The notes below the pieces were generated by a model. That model was not told where the DNA came from. It did no database searches and worked only from the letters and a program-made list of their open reading frames with translations. This document shows positions 21,901 through 34,606 of a stretch of 64,000 nt of DNA, one piece after another (within the stretch, counting starts at the first letter, position 1; the number at the start of each line of letters is the position of its first letter). The translations under genes were made by a program, and so were the position numbers. The stretch comes from Aquificales bacterium (GTDB lineage Bacteria; Aquificota; Aquificia; Aquificales; QOAS01), in contig JALWDU010000092.1 of assembly GCA_027036735.1 (NCBI GenBank), forward strand, positions 6,788 to 70,787. Direction: 5' to 3'.

Positions 21901-22743
21901 ATGGAGTTCACCAAGTGCCAGGGTGCGGGAAACGACTTTATTCTGATAGACAACCGCGACGGGAAGGTCGACAAAAAGCTCCAAGAGCTGGGCGTCGATA
22001 TTGAGACCTTTGTAAGGAAGCTGTGCGCATTCCACACCGGTGTGGGTGCCGACGGACTTATCCTCATAGAGGAACCGGAAAATCGGGAAAACGACTTTAA
22101 GTGGAGGTTTTACAACAGCGACGGGTCGGTCGCCGAGATGTGCGGAAACGGCTCGAGGTGCGCCGTGCGCTTTGCCTACGAGAAGGGTATCGCAAAAAAG
22201 GAGCACGTCAAATTCGAAACCCTCGCGGGGGTGATAGAGGCTTGGATTAAAGAGAACGGCAGGGTGGTAAAAGTTCAACTAACAAAACCCTTCGGGCTGA
22301 AAACCGACTTTAAAATCCCCCTATCGGATATCGAGGTGGAGGGTAACTTCCTCAATACGGGTGTCCCCCACGTGGTGGTCCACCGCGAGGATTTGGAAGA
22401 TTTCGACGTGGTCAAATACGGAAGGGAGATTAGATACCACGAGATGTTCGCCCCCGCGGGGACAAATGTAAACTTTATAAAACCCCTTTCGAAGGACACC
22501 ATAAGGATAAGAACCTACGAGAGAGGAGTCGAAAATGAAACCCTCGCCTGCGGAACCGGTTCGACCGCCGCCGCCATAATCGCCTACCTAAAGGGTTTGG
22601 TTAAGAGAAAACCGGTCAAGGTGATAACAAAAGGTGGGGAGGTTTTGGTTATAGACTTCGACGACAACCTCGAGAGGGTCTACCTGGAGGGTAAGGTTTA
22701 CAAAGTCTTCGATGGAAATTTGGCGTTTGAGATTTTCGAATGA
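21901..22743 (+). CDS. dapF: diaminopimelate epimerase
   Basis: FTKCQGAGNDFILID, NSDGSVAEMCGNG and ETLACGTG (two catalytic Cys). Confidence 0.93.
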   Translation: MEFTKCQGAGNDFILIDNRDGKVDKKLQELGVDIETFVRKLCAFHTGVGADGLILIEEPENRENDFKWRFYNSDGSVAEMCGNGSRCAVRFAYEKGIAKKEHVKFETLAGVIEAWIKENGRVVKVQLTKPFGLKTDFKIPLSDIEVEGNFLNTGVPHVVVHREDLEDFDVVKYGREIRYHEMFAPAGTNVNFIKPLSKDTIRIRTYERGVENETLACGTGSTAAAIIAYLKGLVKRKPVKVITKGGEVLVIDFDDNLERVYLEGKVYKVFDGNLAFEIFE

Positions 22744-22750
22744 AAAAAGA

Positions 22751-22771
22751 GCCCGCCGCGAAGCGGCGGGG
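22751..22771 (-). terminator. GC-rich hairpin terminator between convergent dapF and the phosphoesterase gene
   Basis: GCCCGCCGC-GAA-GCGGCGGG(G). On the minus strand it is followed by CTCTTTTTTCA. Confidence 0.6.
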
Positions 22772-22778
22772 ATAGGAA

Positions 22779-23549
22779 TTACCTCAAATCCCCGTATTCC
22801 ACTTTCTTTTCCTGAACGTCTATGACCGCGAAGTAACCCTCGCACATGGGACCCGGGTTTACAACAAGGGTATCGCCTATCTTTTCGTAACCCCTTCCCG
22901 CCAAGCCCACAATCGCTATTTCAGGGTTGAAGGTCTTAATCAGGGTGTTGGATATGGCGCTTCCGTGGTGCTTGCCGTCGGGGCAAACGTCCACCTTCTG
23001 ACCTATCGGCGGGTGGTGTAAAACCATCAGCTTACGTTTGGGTTTCATTTCGTACATAAACTTGAGGACGTATTCCGCATACCACCTCGGGTATTTGACG
23101 ATAAAGTCCTCCTCGAAAATGGTTTCGTTTAGCTTTCCACCCAATCCGAAGACCACAAACTCACTACCCCAATTGGCAAAGGTCTCGTGAACACCCCTTA
23201 GGTTGGGATAGACATCCTCCATTTGAGCCAAAGCCCTCAGATAAACCTTCAAAGGTGCGTCGTTTTTTCCGGGAACTATGTAGGTTTTTATTCCAGTTTC
23301 ACCCAAAGTTTTGAAAAATTCGTTCAAAACCTTTATTTGGTGCTCTTCAACCTCGTGGAGTATCTCCCTTCTGGGCGGTCTTCCCATTAGGGTAGCCGAT
23401 TTGTATTCCTCTTCGAGTTTTGTCCCTTTCAGAACGGAACCGGCAAATACTATTGCATCGGGTTGAATTTCCTTAACGATGCTCTTAAAGTTGGGTAAAA
23501 ATTCGAAAGCTTCCCTAAAATCCCTTATTGCGAGGATTTTTCTCTTCAT
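22779..23549 (-). CDS. metallophosphoesterase (calcineurin-like)
   Basis: DAIVFAGS..GKND..VLHHPP motifs. The ATG at 23549 is preceded by AGGAGGGGAG; the track uses the GTG at 23552. Confidence 0.75.
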   Translation of the reverse strand: MKRKILAIRDFREAFEFLPNFKSIVKEIQPDAIVFAGSVLKGTKLEEEYKSATLMGRPPRREILHEVEEHQIKVLNEFFKTLGETGIKTYIVPGKNDAPLKVYLRALAQMEDVYPNLRGVHETFANWGSEFVVFGLGGKLNETIFEEDFIVKYPRWYAEYVLKFMYEMKPKRKLMVLHHPPIGQKVDVCPDGKHHGSAISNTLIKTFNPEIAIVGLAGRGYEKIGDTLVVNPGPMCEGYFAVIDVQEKKVEYGDLR

Positions 23550-23689
23550 CACTCTCCCCTCCTAAGGTTGAAAATTAGGCTTAAACCGTTAATTGTCAAA
23601 TACTTTTTCGAAACTTTTATGGTGAGGGAAATATTTCTAAACCCGAAAAGTTTAAGAAGAAAAAAGAATCCAAAGGATTTATTAAGGTT

Positions 23690-24127
23690 TTACTTCTCTA
23701 TGGTGTATTCCCACTCGACTTTTGCGACAGCCTTGAGCATGGCGGAAACGGAGCAATACTTTTCCATCGAAAGTCTTATAGCCTGCTCGACCGCCTTCTG
23801 GGGTATATCCCCCTTGAAGTAATAGCGAACCTTTATGTGGGTGTATATTTTGGGGTGGGTTTCCCTCCTCTTACCCTCAACCTCCACGCGGAAATCCTCA
23901 AATTTAACCCTCTTTTTGGTCAGTATGGTAACCACGTCCATAGCGGTGCAGCCGCCCAGAGCCATGAGGAGTAACTCCATCGGCGAGGGGGCGGAACCAT
24001 CCCCAAAGGGGGGTTTGCCGTCCATTACGATTTTCTTCCCATCGGAGTTTACACCTTCAAACCTCAACCTCTCGAGGTGTCGGATTTCGACCTTTACGGG
24101 AGGAGTTTCCTGCGAAAGGACTTTCAT
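23690..24127 (-). CDS. OsmC-family peroxiredoxin-like protein
   Basis: SPMELLLMALGGCTAMDV..MEKYCSVSAML, carrying the two OsmC cysteines. The track start at 24148 is TTG; the ATG at 24127 is used here. Confidence 0.82.
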   Translation of the reverse strand: MKVLSQETPPVKVEIRHLERLRFEGVNSDGKKIVMDGKPPFGDGSAPSPMELLLMALGGCTAMDVVTILTKKRVKFEDFRVEVEGKRRETHPKIYTHIKVRYYFKGDIPQKAVEQAIRLSMEKYCSVSAMLKAVAKVEWEYTIEK

Positions 24128-24193
24128 AGTTTGGAGAATTGTCCCCAAGGGGGGAATTTTTTCAAGCCGCCCCCAAAGGGGAGAAGGAAAAAT

Positions 24194-24814
24194 TCAATCG
24201 AAGTCCCTACCGAAGCGTCTGTAAAGGTAATAAATCCTCTGAAGGAGCGAAAGGGTGGAGAGGATGGTAATCAGGTATACCCCCGCGGTTAGAGCCCCGT
24301 CGAAGAAACGCTCCAAAACGGCAAAAATTATTAAAGTCAGGTGGGTTTCCGGTCTTCCGAAAAATCCCACCCCCTCCAGCGGGTCCCAAATTTTTCCCTT
24401 AGCCCTTTGAGAGAAACCTATCTCGGCGTAAACGACGGGCTTTATAAAGGTGTGGAGCATATTGACCGTTATCAAAACTATAGCGACCCATGGGTTGGCG
24501 TAGGCTACGGCAACCGCTCCCAAGACAAGCCCGTCAACAAATTTATCCGCAAGCCAGTCGAGAACCGCGCCAAACTTGGTAGCCCTGTCGTTGTGTCGGG
24601 CGACTATTCCGTCGGCTAAGTCCAAAAGACCGGAAATTACTAGCAAAATCGCCCCGCTTAAGACATGGTGGGTGTAAAAGGCGTAGGCGGAAAGCACCCC
24701 GGCAATTATGGAAAAAAAGGTGATAACATTCGGGGGGATATGTAAGTATGCCAAGGAGAGCCCAACCGGTTCATAAATCTTTTTAAGGAGCTCCCTCTTG
24801 CTGGTTAGGTTCAT
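24194..24814 (-). CDS. CDP-alcohol phosphatidyltransferase family protein
   Basis: DLADGIVARHNDRATKFGAVLDWLADKFVD matches D-G-x2-A-R-x8-G-x3-D-x3-D. The protein is multi-TM. Confidence 0.8.
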   Translation of the reverse strand: MNLTSKRELLKKIYEPVGLSLAYLHIPPNVITFFSIIAGVLSAYAFYTHHVLSGAILLVISGLLDLADGIVARHNDRATKFGAVLDWLADKFVDGLVLGAVAVAYANPWVAIVLITVNMLHTFIKPVVYAEIGFSQRAKGKIWDPLEGVGFFGRPETHLTLIIFAVLERFFDGALTAGVYLITILSTLSLLQRIYYLYRRFGRDFD

Positions 24815-24823
24815 TATTACCCC

Positions 24824-25269
24824 TTAGTTTATAGGAATTTCCCTTTTGGAAGTATTCCCTCCGACGGTTTGCAATTGTCTCAATTTCACAACAGCCGTTT
24901 TCCAGCCAACCCCTACCACCGGTAGGTCTATCTTTATCCTTTTTGTCCCTTTCGGGGGTACCTCGCACAAGGAGACACCAAAACCGGGAACGGAAACCTT
25001 TAAACCTTCCTCCGTGAGGAAGTATGTATCGCACTCCAAGAGGAGTTTTTTATCGGAAACATTCCTCAAAAGGAGTTCCACCGATTTTTCACCCCTTTTG
25101 GAGGTTTTTAACTCGGCTTTGAGAACTTCCGCGGGAAGTCCGTAATTTTCCTCCACCAAAAGGCGGTTTGAGAATCTCTTCTCCACCTTAGGGGTGCAGG
25201 AAAAGACAAAAACCGCAAAAGTGAGGGCTAAAAAAAGTATTCCCGTAAGGGGTCTTTTCAACGAACCCA

Positions 25270-25270
<1 letters not shown>
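24824..25270 (-). CDS. putative lipoprotein
   Basis: Signal peptide with a lipobox-like ..FVFSC. The ATG at 25270 forms an ATGA overlap with the serS stop. Confidence 0.5.
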
Positions 25271-27798
<2,528 letters not shown>

Positions 27799-27802
<4 letters not shown>

Positions 27803-28110
27803 GGAGAGGTCGAATTTTTTTCCGGAAAGAGGGAAACGCAATAGTCGGGCGGCACCAACCAGAGACGGCTACCCACGAAATTCTGCAGGGCTACGTCGGG
27901 GTTCTCCCTAACAAAGCGGTATTTTTCCAAAAGGAGGGAGTGCCGCTTCCTCTCCACCTCCAGGAGGTTTTTCAGTCCCTCTATACTCTCGCGGTATTCC
28001 GAGATTTTCCAATACCCCGTTTTGGGGGAGAAGAGATTTTTAAACAGGTAAAAGAGGGAGAGAAGAAAAAAGACCACCAAGAGGATATCGACAAAACGCT
28101 TCCATATCAT
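27799..28110 (-). CDS. ftsB: septum formation initiator (FtsB/DivIC-like)
   Basis: 103 aa with an N-terminal TM segment plus a coiled coil. It lies directly downstream of eno, a common eno-ftsB arrangement. Confidence 0.6.
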
Positions 28111-28117
28111 GGGAGGG

Positions 28118-29431
<1,314 letters not shown>

Positions 29432-29448
29432 TTAACATAATTGCTGTA

Positions 29449-29937
29449 ATGCCGAACCCCATTAGTAGGGAAGAGAAGCAGAAACTCCTCGAGGAGATAA
29501 AGGAAAACCTCAAAAATAGGGGTTTCAAAATAACGGAAGCCCGTCAAAAGGTTATCTCCTACCTTATCGACTACGGGAGGCACTTCGAAATAGAAGACCT
29601 GGTGGTGTGGATTAGGGAACGGTGTAGGGACTACAAAAACTGCCCCTCCCGCCCCACCGTTTACAGGACGGTTAAGCTCCTCGAGGAGCTGGGCTATGTA
29701 AAGCCGGTTCTCAAACAGGGAAACAGGACGGTTTACGAATTTTTGCCCGTTAAAGGGGAACACTACCACCTGCTGTGCCTCAGTTGCGGGAAATTGGTCG
29801 AATTCGAGGCTCCCCAAATAGGGGATATGGTTAAGGGAATAGCCCAAAGGGAGGGTTTCAAATACCTCCACCACCACCTGGAGGTCTGCGGAATCTGTCC
29901 CGAGTGTCTCCAAAAGGAGGAGAGAAAAGAGGATTAA
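29449..29937 (+). CDS. fur: Fur-family metalloregulator
   Basis: ITEARQKVISYL..PTVYRTVKLLEELG..HYHLLCLSCGK..HHHLEVCGICPEC. Confidence 0.85.
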   Translation: MPNPISREEKQKLLEEIKENLKNRGFKITEARQKVISYLIDYGRHFEIEDLVVWIRERCRDYKNCPSRPTVYRTVKLLEELGYVKPVLKQGNRTVYEFLPVKGEHYHLLCLSCGKLVEFEAPQIGDMVKGIAQREGFKYLHHHLEVCGICPECLQKEERKED

Positions 29938-31196
29938 CCCTCGAGCAGTTTCAAAACGTTTTCCACCTTTTGGAGTTCCAACTTCAGTTCCTCGTAAATT
30001 TCTTTCTCCCTCTCCACGACATGTTTGGGAGCCTTTTGGACGAAGTTGGGGTTATTGAGCTTCGCCTCCACCCTCTTGAGTTCTTTTAGGAGCTTTTCCC
30101 TCTTCTTCAGCTGTAGGGATTTAACCTCGGTAACGTTCACGACACCCTCGATGGAAACGTATATCTCCCCACCCTTTATGGGAACTACGAGGGTATTTTC
30201 CGGTCTTCCATCGGCGGGTTCAAAACTTTCGAGACGCGCCAATTTTAGGATATGGCTTTTGAATTCCTCCAAAAGGGTTTCGGTATATCTGTCCTCCGCG
30301 CGGTAGAAGGCTTTTAGCTTTTTCGTTACAGGTATGTCGAGCATATTTTTAAAATTCCTTATGTCGGCGATAACACCCTTTACAAACTCCACCGCGCGGG
30401 AGTCTTCTTCGAACCCCTTAAAGGTTTCGGAATACTTGGGATACTCCGAGAGAGAAATCGACTTCCTATCCTTGGTGGGGAGATAATCCCATATCTCTTC
30501 GGTTATATAGGGCATAAAGGGGTGTAGGAGTTTTAGCGCCCTGTCGAGGACATAGACGAGGGTGTTTAAAGCCGCCTCCTTGTCCTCCTCTCCGCCCTTA
30601 TAAACCCTATCCTTGGAAAACTCTATATACCAGTCGCAGTATTCGTCCCAGAAGAACTGATAGAGCGCCTGCGCCGATTTGGAAAAGTCGAACTCTTTGA
30701 GACCCTCCCTAACTTTGGCAACCGTTTCGTTTAACCGGTAAAGTATCCACTTGTCTTCGGGACGGAGTGCGGTTTCGGTGGGTTCTTTAACCTCAAAGCC
30801 CTCCGGGAGGTTCATGAGGACATATCTCGAGGCGTTCCATATCTTGTTCGCAAAGTGCTTGTATCCCTCGATACGCCTCTCGTCAAACTTTATATCGCTT
30901 CCGGGAACGGTTTGCACCGCCAAACCGAAACGCAGGGCGTCGGCGCCGTACTTCGCTATAAGGTCGAGGGGGTCGACCACATTCCCTTTGGTTTTGGACA
31001 TCTTTTCGCCGAATTTGTCCCTTATGAGTCCGTGGATGTATACCCTTTCGAAGGGCTCGGCGCCCATGTTGTACATGCCCATTAGAACCATACGGGCGAC
31101 CCAGAAGAAGATTATGTCAAACCCGGTAACGAGCAAATCGGTGGGGTATAGGTTGTATAGGTCGCTCTCCTTTATCTTTTCGGGGGTCTTCTCCAT
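29934..31196 (-). CDS. valS: valine--tRNA ligase, C-terminal half only (420 aa)
   Basis: Starts just before LLVTGFDIIFFWVARM and contains KMSKTKGN (KMSKS), the anticodon-binding region, and the terminal coiled coil ..NPNFVQKAPKHVVEREKE.. An in-frame TAA lies 11 codons upstream of the ATG. Confidence 0.85.
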   Translation of the reverse strand: MEKTPEKIKESDLYNLYPTDLLVTGFDIIFFWVARMVLMGMYNMGAEPFERVYIHGLIRDKFGEKMSKTKGNVVDPLDLIAKYGADALRFGLAVQTVPGSDIKFDERRIEGYKHFANKIWNASRYVLMNLPEGFEVKEPTETALRPEDKWILYRLNETVAKVREGLKEFDFSKSAQALYQFFWDEYCDWYIEFSKDRVYKGGEEDKEAALNTLVYVLDRALKLLHPFMPYITEEIWDYLPTKDRKSISLSEYPKYSETFKGFEEDSRAVEFVKGVIADIRNFKNMLDIPVTKKLKAFYRAEDRYTETLLEEFKSHILKLARLESFEPADGRPENTLVVPIKGGEIYVSIEGVVNVTEVKSLQLKKREKLLKELKRVEAKLNNPNFVQKAPKHVVEREKEIYEELKLELQKVENVLKLLEG

Positions 31197-31513
31197 AAAG
31201 GGTTTAGGATAATCGGAAGCTTTCCGTTAAACGGAAAGGGAGAAACAACCAACCTGCACGGAGAGGTAAAAAACAACTCCCAAAAATGGAGGAAAAAAAA
31301 CCTTTTCCCCGAAAGGGAAAATTTCCAAACTCACTTTGGGGGGATAAAACCAACAGAATAGCTTGAAACCTTCCTTTTAACGGAAAATAAAGAATTCCCT
31401 CCTTCCAAAGGTAAAGAGGTTTGAAACACCCCTTGGCGGCTTTCCAATAGCTTCCCTTTCCTCGTTTGGGACATAGATTTAATTTCCAAACCTAAACAGA
31501 AAGGAGGAAACGG

Positions 31514-32737
31514 ATGGCAGTAAAAGAGGTAAAAGACATACTTCCCGACGGTTTGGGAGTGAACGTTATAGAGGGTTGGCACGTAGTTAGGCTCGACAAG
31601 AGGGCGCTAAACGAACTCGGAGAGGAAAAGGAAATTTGGAAAACCTTGAGACTCCTCGAAGAACCCACCTTTTTGAAGCAAACGGTCGGGTATATAGGCG
31701 CGTTTAACAACAACTTTTTGGTTGCCCGGGTAGACCCCGACAGGGGTAGCACCGACCAGACCACAGTCGAATTTCCCATAAGGGATGTCGATACCGACCT
31801 CAACCACTTCTACATAACCACCACCGACAAGATTTACAAGTGCGAGGAAAACAGATTTTTCCCCAAAGAGGATTACGAACTCAAACTCGTCGAAAGTATG
31901 GACAAAGGCTTTAAGAGCATCTCCATAACCCCCGACCACATCTTCCTGGTTAGCCAAAACAAGGTCTACAGGCTGAACAAACACGGCGGGATAGAGAAAG
32001 AGGTCGACCTTCCCGAAGCCCTTTTAATTAGAGCCGATGCCGAAAATGTCTATGTGGTTACCGAGGACAACCGCCTGCTGATAATGACCCCCGACTTGGA
32101 AGTTCAAGCCCACAACACCTTCGAAGGAAATGTCAAAAAATTTGAGGTGGGTCCCTTCTTTATATACCTACTCACGGACAAACACTTCAACGTCTATACC
32201 AAGGTCAGCGGGGAGAGAATTGCCCACGTTGAGGATGCGGAACACTACTCCACCTTCGGTGTGGGATTAAACCACCTCTACTTCTTCAACGAGAAAGAAA
32301 AGGCTTTGGAAGCCGTTCCCAAACGCGACCTCCTCGAAGCCGGCGTCGGCGAAATGCCTCTGCAAGTTCTTATGGAATACATGCTCGCCGCCCTAATGCT
32401 CATCGAAAAGACCACCGGCAAAAAGGCTTACATCCACGTCAAAGAGGGACACTTCCACCTACACATAGGCAAAAAGGTCTTGGACTTCGAACAGTTCATC
32501 AAATACCTATCCAAGGTATTCCCCGAAACCTATTACTTCTTCTACAACAAAGGTTATACGAGGTATCTCCTAACCTTCGGACAGGAGTGCAATATTCTCG
32601 GTTCCACCCCCGAAAAGGGTAAGTTGGAAATAGATATCTCCCAATACGGGGATATTTTGGAAAGGAACTACTTCGTGAAACAAAACGAAGATCTCCTAAT
32701 GGAAACGGTAAAAGAAATAGTCCAAAAGGCGGAGTAA
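31514..32737 (+). CDS. hypothetical protein (407 aa) with repeated beta-strand-like blades
   Basis: AAAGGAGG RBS. Recurrent segments HFYITTTDKIYK, HIFLVSQNKVYRL, NVYVVTEDNRLLIM and FIYLLTDKHFNVY suggest a propeller-like N-terminal half. Confidence 0.6.
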   Translation: MAVKEVKDILPDGLGVNVIEGWHVVRLDKRALNELGEEKEIWKTLRLLEEPTFLKQTVGYIGAFNNNFLVARVDPDRGSTDQTTVEFPIRDVDTDLNHFYITTTDKIYKCEENRFFPKEDYELKLVESMDKGFKSISITPDHIFLVSQNKVYRLNKHGGIEKEVDLPEALLIRADAENVYVVTEDNRLLIMTPDLEVQAHNTFEGNVKKFEVGPFFIYLLTDKHFNVYTKVSGERIAHVEDAEHYSTFGVGLNHLYFFNEKEKALEAVPKRDLLEAGVGEMPLQVLMEYMLAALMLIEKTTGKKAYIHVKEGHFHLHIGKKVLDFEQFIKYLSKVFPETYYFFYNKGYTRYLLTFGQECNILGSTPEKGKLEIDISQYGDILERNYFVKQNEDLLMETVKEIVQKAE

Positions 32738-33598
32738 TCAGTCCAAACTCCTCCTTAGGAGGCTTATTTCGTTTAGGTATTCCCTCAATTCCTTCCCCTC
32801 TCCGTTTTCGACCAACCTTTCCAACCTCTCGAGGGAGTTCTTAAAAGCCCTTATAGACCTAAGGAGGTTGTCCTTATTCTCCAAAAAGATATCCCTCCAC
32901 ATGGTGGGGTCGGAAGCGGCTATACGGGTGAAATCCTTAAAGCCCGCACCGGGGTATTCGAACAGGTCGATATTACCCTCCTGTGAAAGCTCCCGAAGGG
33001 CATCGACCAGGGCAAAAGCCACCGCGTGGGGCAGGTGGGAAACCGCCCCGAAAACGAAATCGTGCAGTTCGGGGGACATATACTCGATTTTCGCCCCTAA
33101 GAATTTCCATAGATTTTCCACCCTTTGCAGGTGGTATTTATCGGTTTCCTTGGTCGGTGTGATTATCAATTTTTTTCCCTCGTAGAGGTTGTCCACCGAA
33201 TGAATTACCCCACTCTTTTCGGTTCCGGCTATGGGATGGGCACCCACAAAGGTCGGAAGTATCTTTTCCAACCTATAGACAAGTCTTTTGGTGCTACCTA
33301 AATCGCTAACGGTGGTGTTTCTTTCAATCTTATCCTTCAGTTGGTTCGCTATTCTTTCGAAAGTCCCCACCGGGGAGGCTAAAACCACAAAATCTATTTC
33401 CTTCCAAGGAACTTTGTCATAATCACTCCACCCGTCGTCTATAACGCCTATTTCCTTCCCCACCTTTATGGCGTCGGGATTTATATCGAGCCCGTAAATG
33501 GGTTTTTTGAATCCCTTTTTTCTCAACCCCTTCGCTAGGGAACCACCCATAAAACCCAATCCCACTATGAGGAGGGCTTTATTTATAAAACCTTCCAT
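32738..33598 (-). CDS. tyrA: prephenate dehydrogenase
   Basis: LIVGLGFMGGSLA Rossmann motif and ..GAHPIAGTEKSG.. Confidence 0.85.
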   Translation of the reverse strand: MEGFINKALLIVGLGFMGGSLAKGLRKKGFKKPIYGLDINPDAIKVGKEIGVIDDGWSDYDKVPWKEIDFVVLASPVGTFERIANQLKDKIERNTTVSDLGSTKRLVYRLEKILPTFVGAHPIAGTEKSGVIHSVDNLYEGKKLIITPTKETDKYHLQRVENLWKFLGAKIEYMSPELHDFVFGAVSHLPHAVAFALVDALRELSQEGNIDLFEYPGAGFKDFTRIAASDPTMWRDIFLENKDNLLRSIRAFKNSLERLERLVENGEGKELREYLNEISLLRRSLD

Positions 33599-33662
33599 TG
33601 GAATAGAGGAATTTTAAAGTTCCTCAAATAGGTGTTTGAAAGGAGATTTGCCTTTACAAGGT

Positions 33663-33894
33663 CAGACTCAAGATTTGATGTCAAGTAATGGATTGAAAAT
33701 TGACAAAAACCTTTTGCAGGTTTGAGTTTTGTCTTAGAGTTCCAACAAGATGGCTCACCTCAAGGAATTAATGTCAATATAGGGTTGACCTTTTAAGTCA
33801 ATTTTTACTTGACCTTTTAAGGTCGTTTTGGTATCTTTTAAACCCAAGTAAGGGTTGGGTTCCTTGGTAACTTAATAAGGTCGGACGCACCTTG
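33663..33894 (+). promoter_or_regulatory. CRISPR leader 1, with a putative promoter
   Basis: This 232-nt block is largely repeated at 38771-39002 upstream of array 2. It has TTGACC (33809-33814), 17 nt, then TATCTT (33832-33837), and a direct repeat TTGACCTTTTAAG at 33785 and 33809. Confidence 0.55.
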
Positions 33895-34120
33895 GTTGTT
33901 ATGTCCCTAGAAGGGATTGAAACTCGGGAAAAAGACTCTGAAGTCTTTTTCTTTTTTCAAGTTGTTATGTCCCTAGAAGGGATTGAAACAAAATAGAAGA
34001 GAACACTTGTGAAAGTTGTGTTCTTGTTGTTATGTCCCTATAAGGGATTGAAACACACCTAGACACCGATAAAAATCCTTTGTGCCCTTTCGTTTTTATG
34101 TCCCTATAAGGGATTGAAAC
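33895..34120 (+). CRISPR. CRISPR array 1 (4 repeats of 29 nt, 3 spacers of 36-37 nt)
   Basis: Repeats lie at 33895, 33961, 34026 and 34092. The consensus is GTTGTTATGTCCCTA[G/T]AAGGGATTGAAAC, and the last copy begins GTTTTT. Confidence 0.93.
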
Positions 34121-34215
34121 GAAGAAATACTTAAAGCCCTGCACCCTCCGGCTTACAAATACTTTCTAAAACACTTTGAGAGGTTAATTTCTATCTTCAA
34201 TAACGGGAAAATCTC

Positions 34216-34566
34216 TTAACAATTGCCCTTCAAAACCTCAAAAGGGTTTAAATCCCCGTTCCAAAGTTCGGGGTGCCACCACCAGTGGGTTTTCGGTCTA
34301 TCGGGGTCGTAGGTTAGGGGAATATAACCCTCTTTTAGGAATTCTTTAGCGTTCTCCCACAAAAGGGTTAAAGCTTTCCTCTTTTCCTCACAGGGGATAT
34401 TGGGGTCTTCTATATCCTCGCTGAAGGTTTCAAACCAAGACCACTCCTCACCGGGGATAAAATCTCCACTTTTCCACGCTTTGGGGTTGAAAAGTCCTAT
34501 ATACCAAAGGTTGGGAAGTTCTTTTTTTAGTTCCTCTTTGGGTGGGTTGGGTTTCATATCCTCCAT
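34216..34566 (-). CDS. hypothetical Trp-rich protein (116-122 aa)
   Basis: ORF only (..WSWFETF..THWWWHPELWNG..). The track start at 34584 is TTG; the first ATG is at 34566. Divergent from cas3. Confidence 0.45.
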   Translation of the reverse strand: MEDMKPNPPKEELKKELPNLWYIGLFNPKAWKSGDFIPGEEWSWFETFSEDIEDPNIPCEEKRKALTLLWENAKEFLKEGYIPLTYDPDRPKTHWWWHPELWNGDLNPFEVLKGNC

Positions 34567-34606
34567 TGTCAGAATTTCATACAATCCACTGTTTGTTATA
34601 AATACT

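Noticed and set aside
31341-31428. Two TTGAAAC motifs 58 nt apart (31364 and 31422), possibly CRISPR remnants
   Set aside because: The upstream 22 nt of each does not resemble the local repeat. A 7-mer is expected several times by chance in 64 kb.
34400-34606. N-terminal extension of the cas3 ORF
   Set aside because: It overlaps the opposite-strand 34216-34584 ORF and is Ser-rich. The HD domain begins right after the ATG at 34607.
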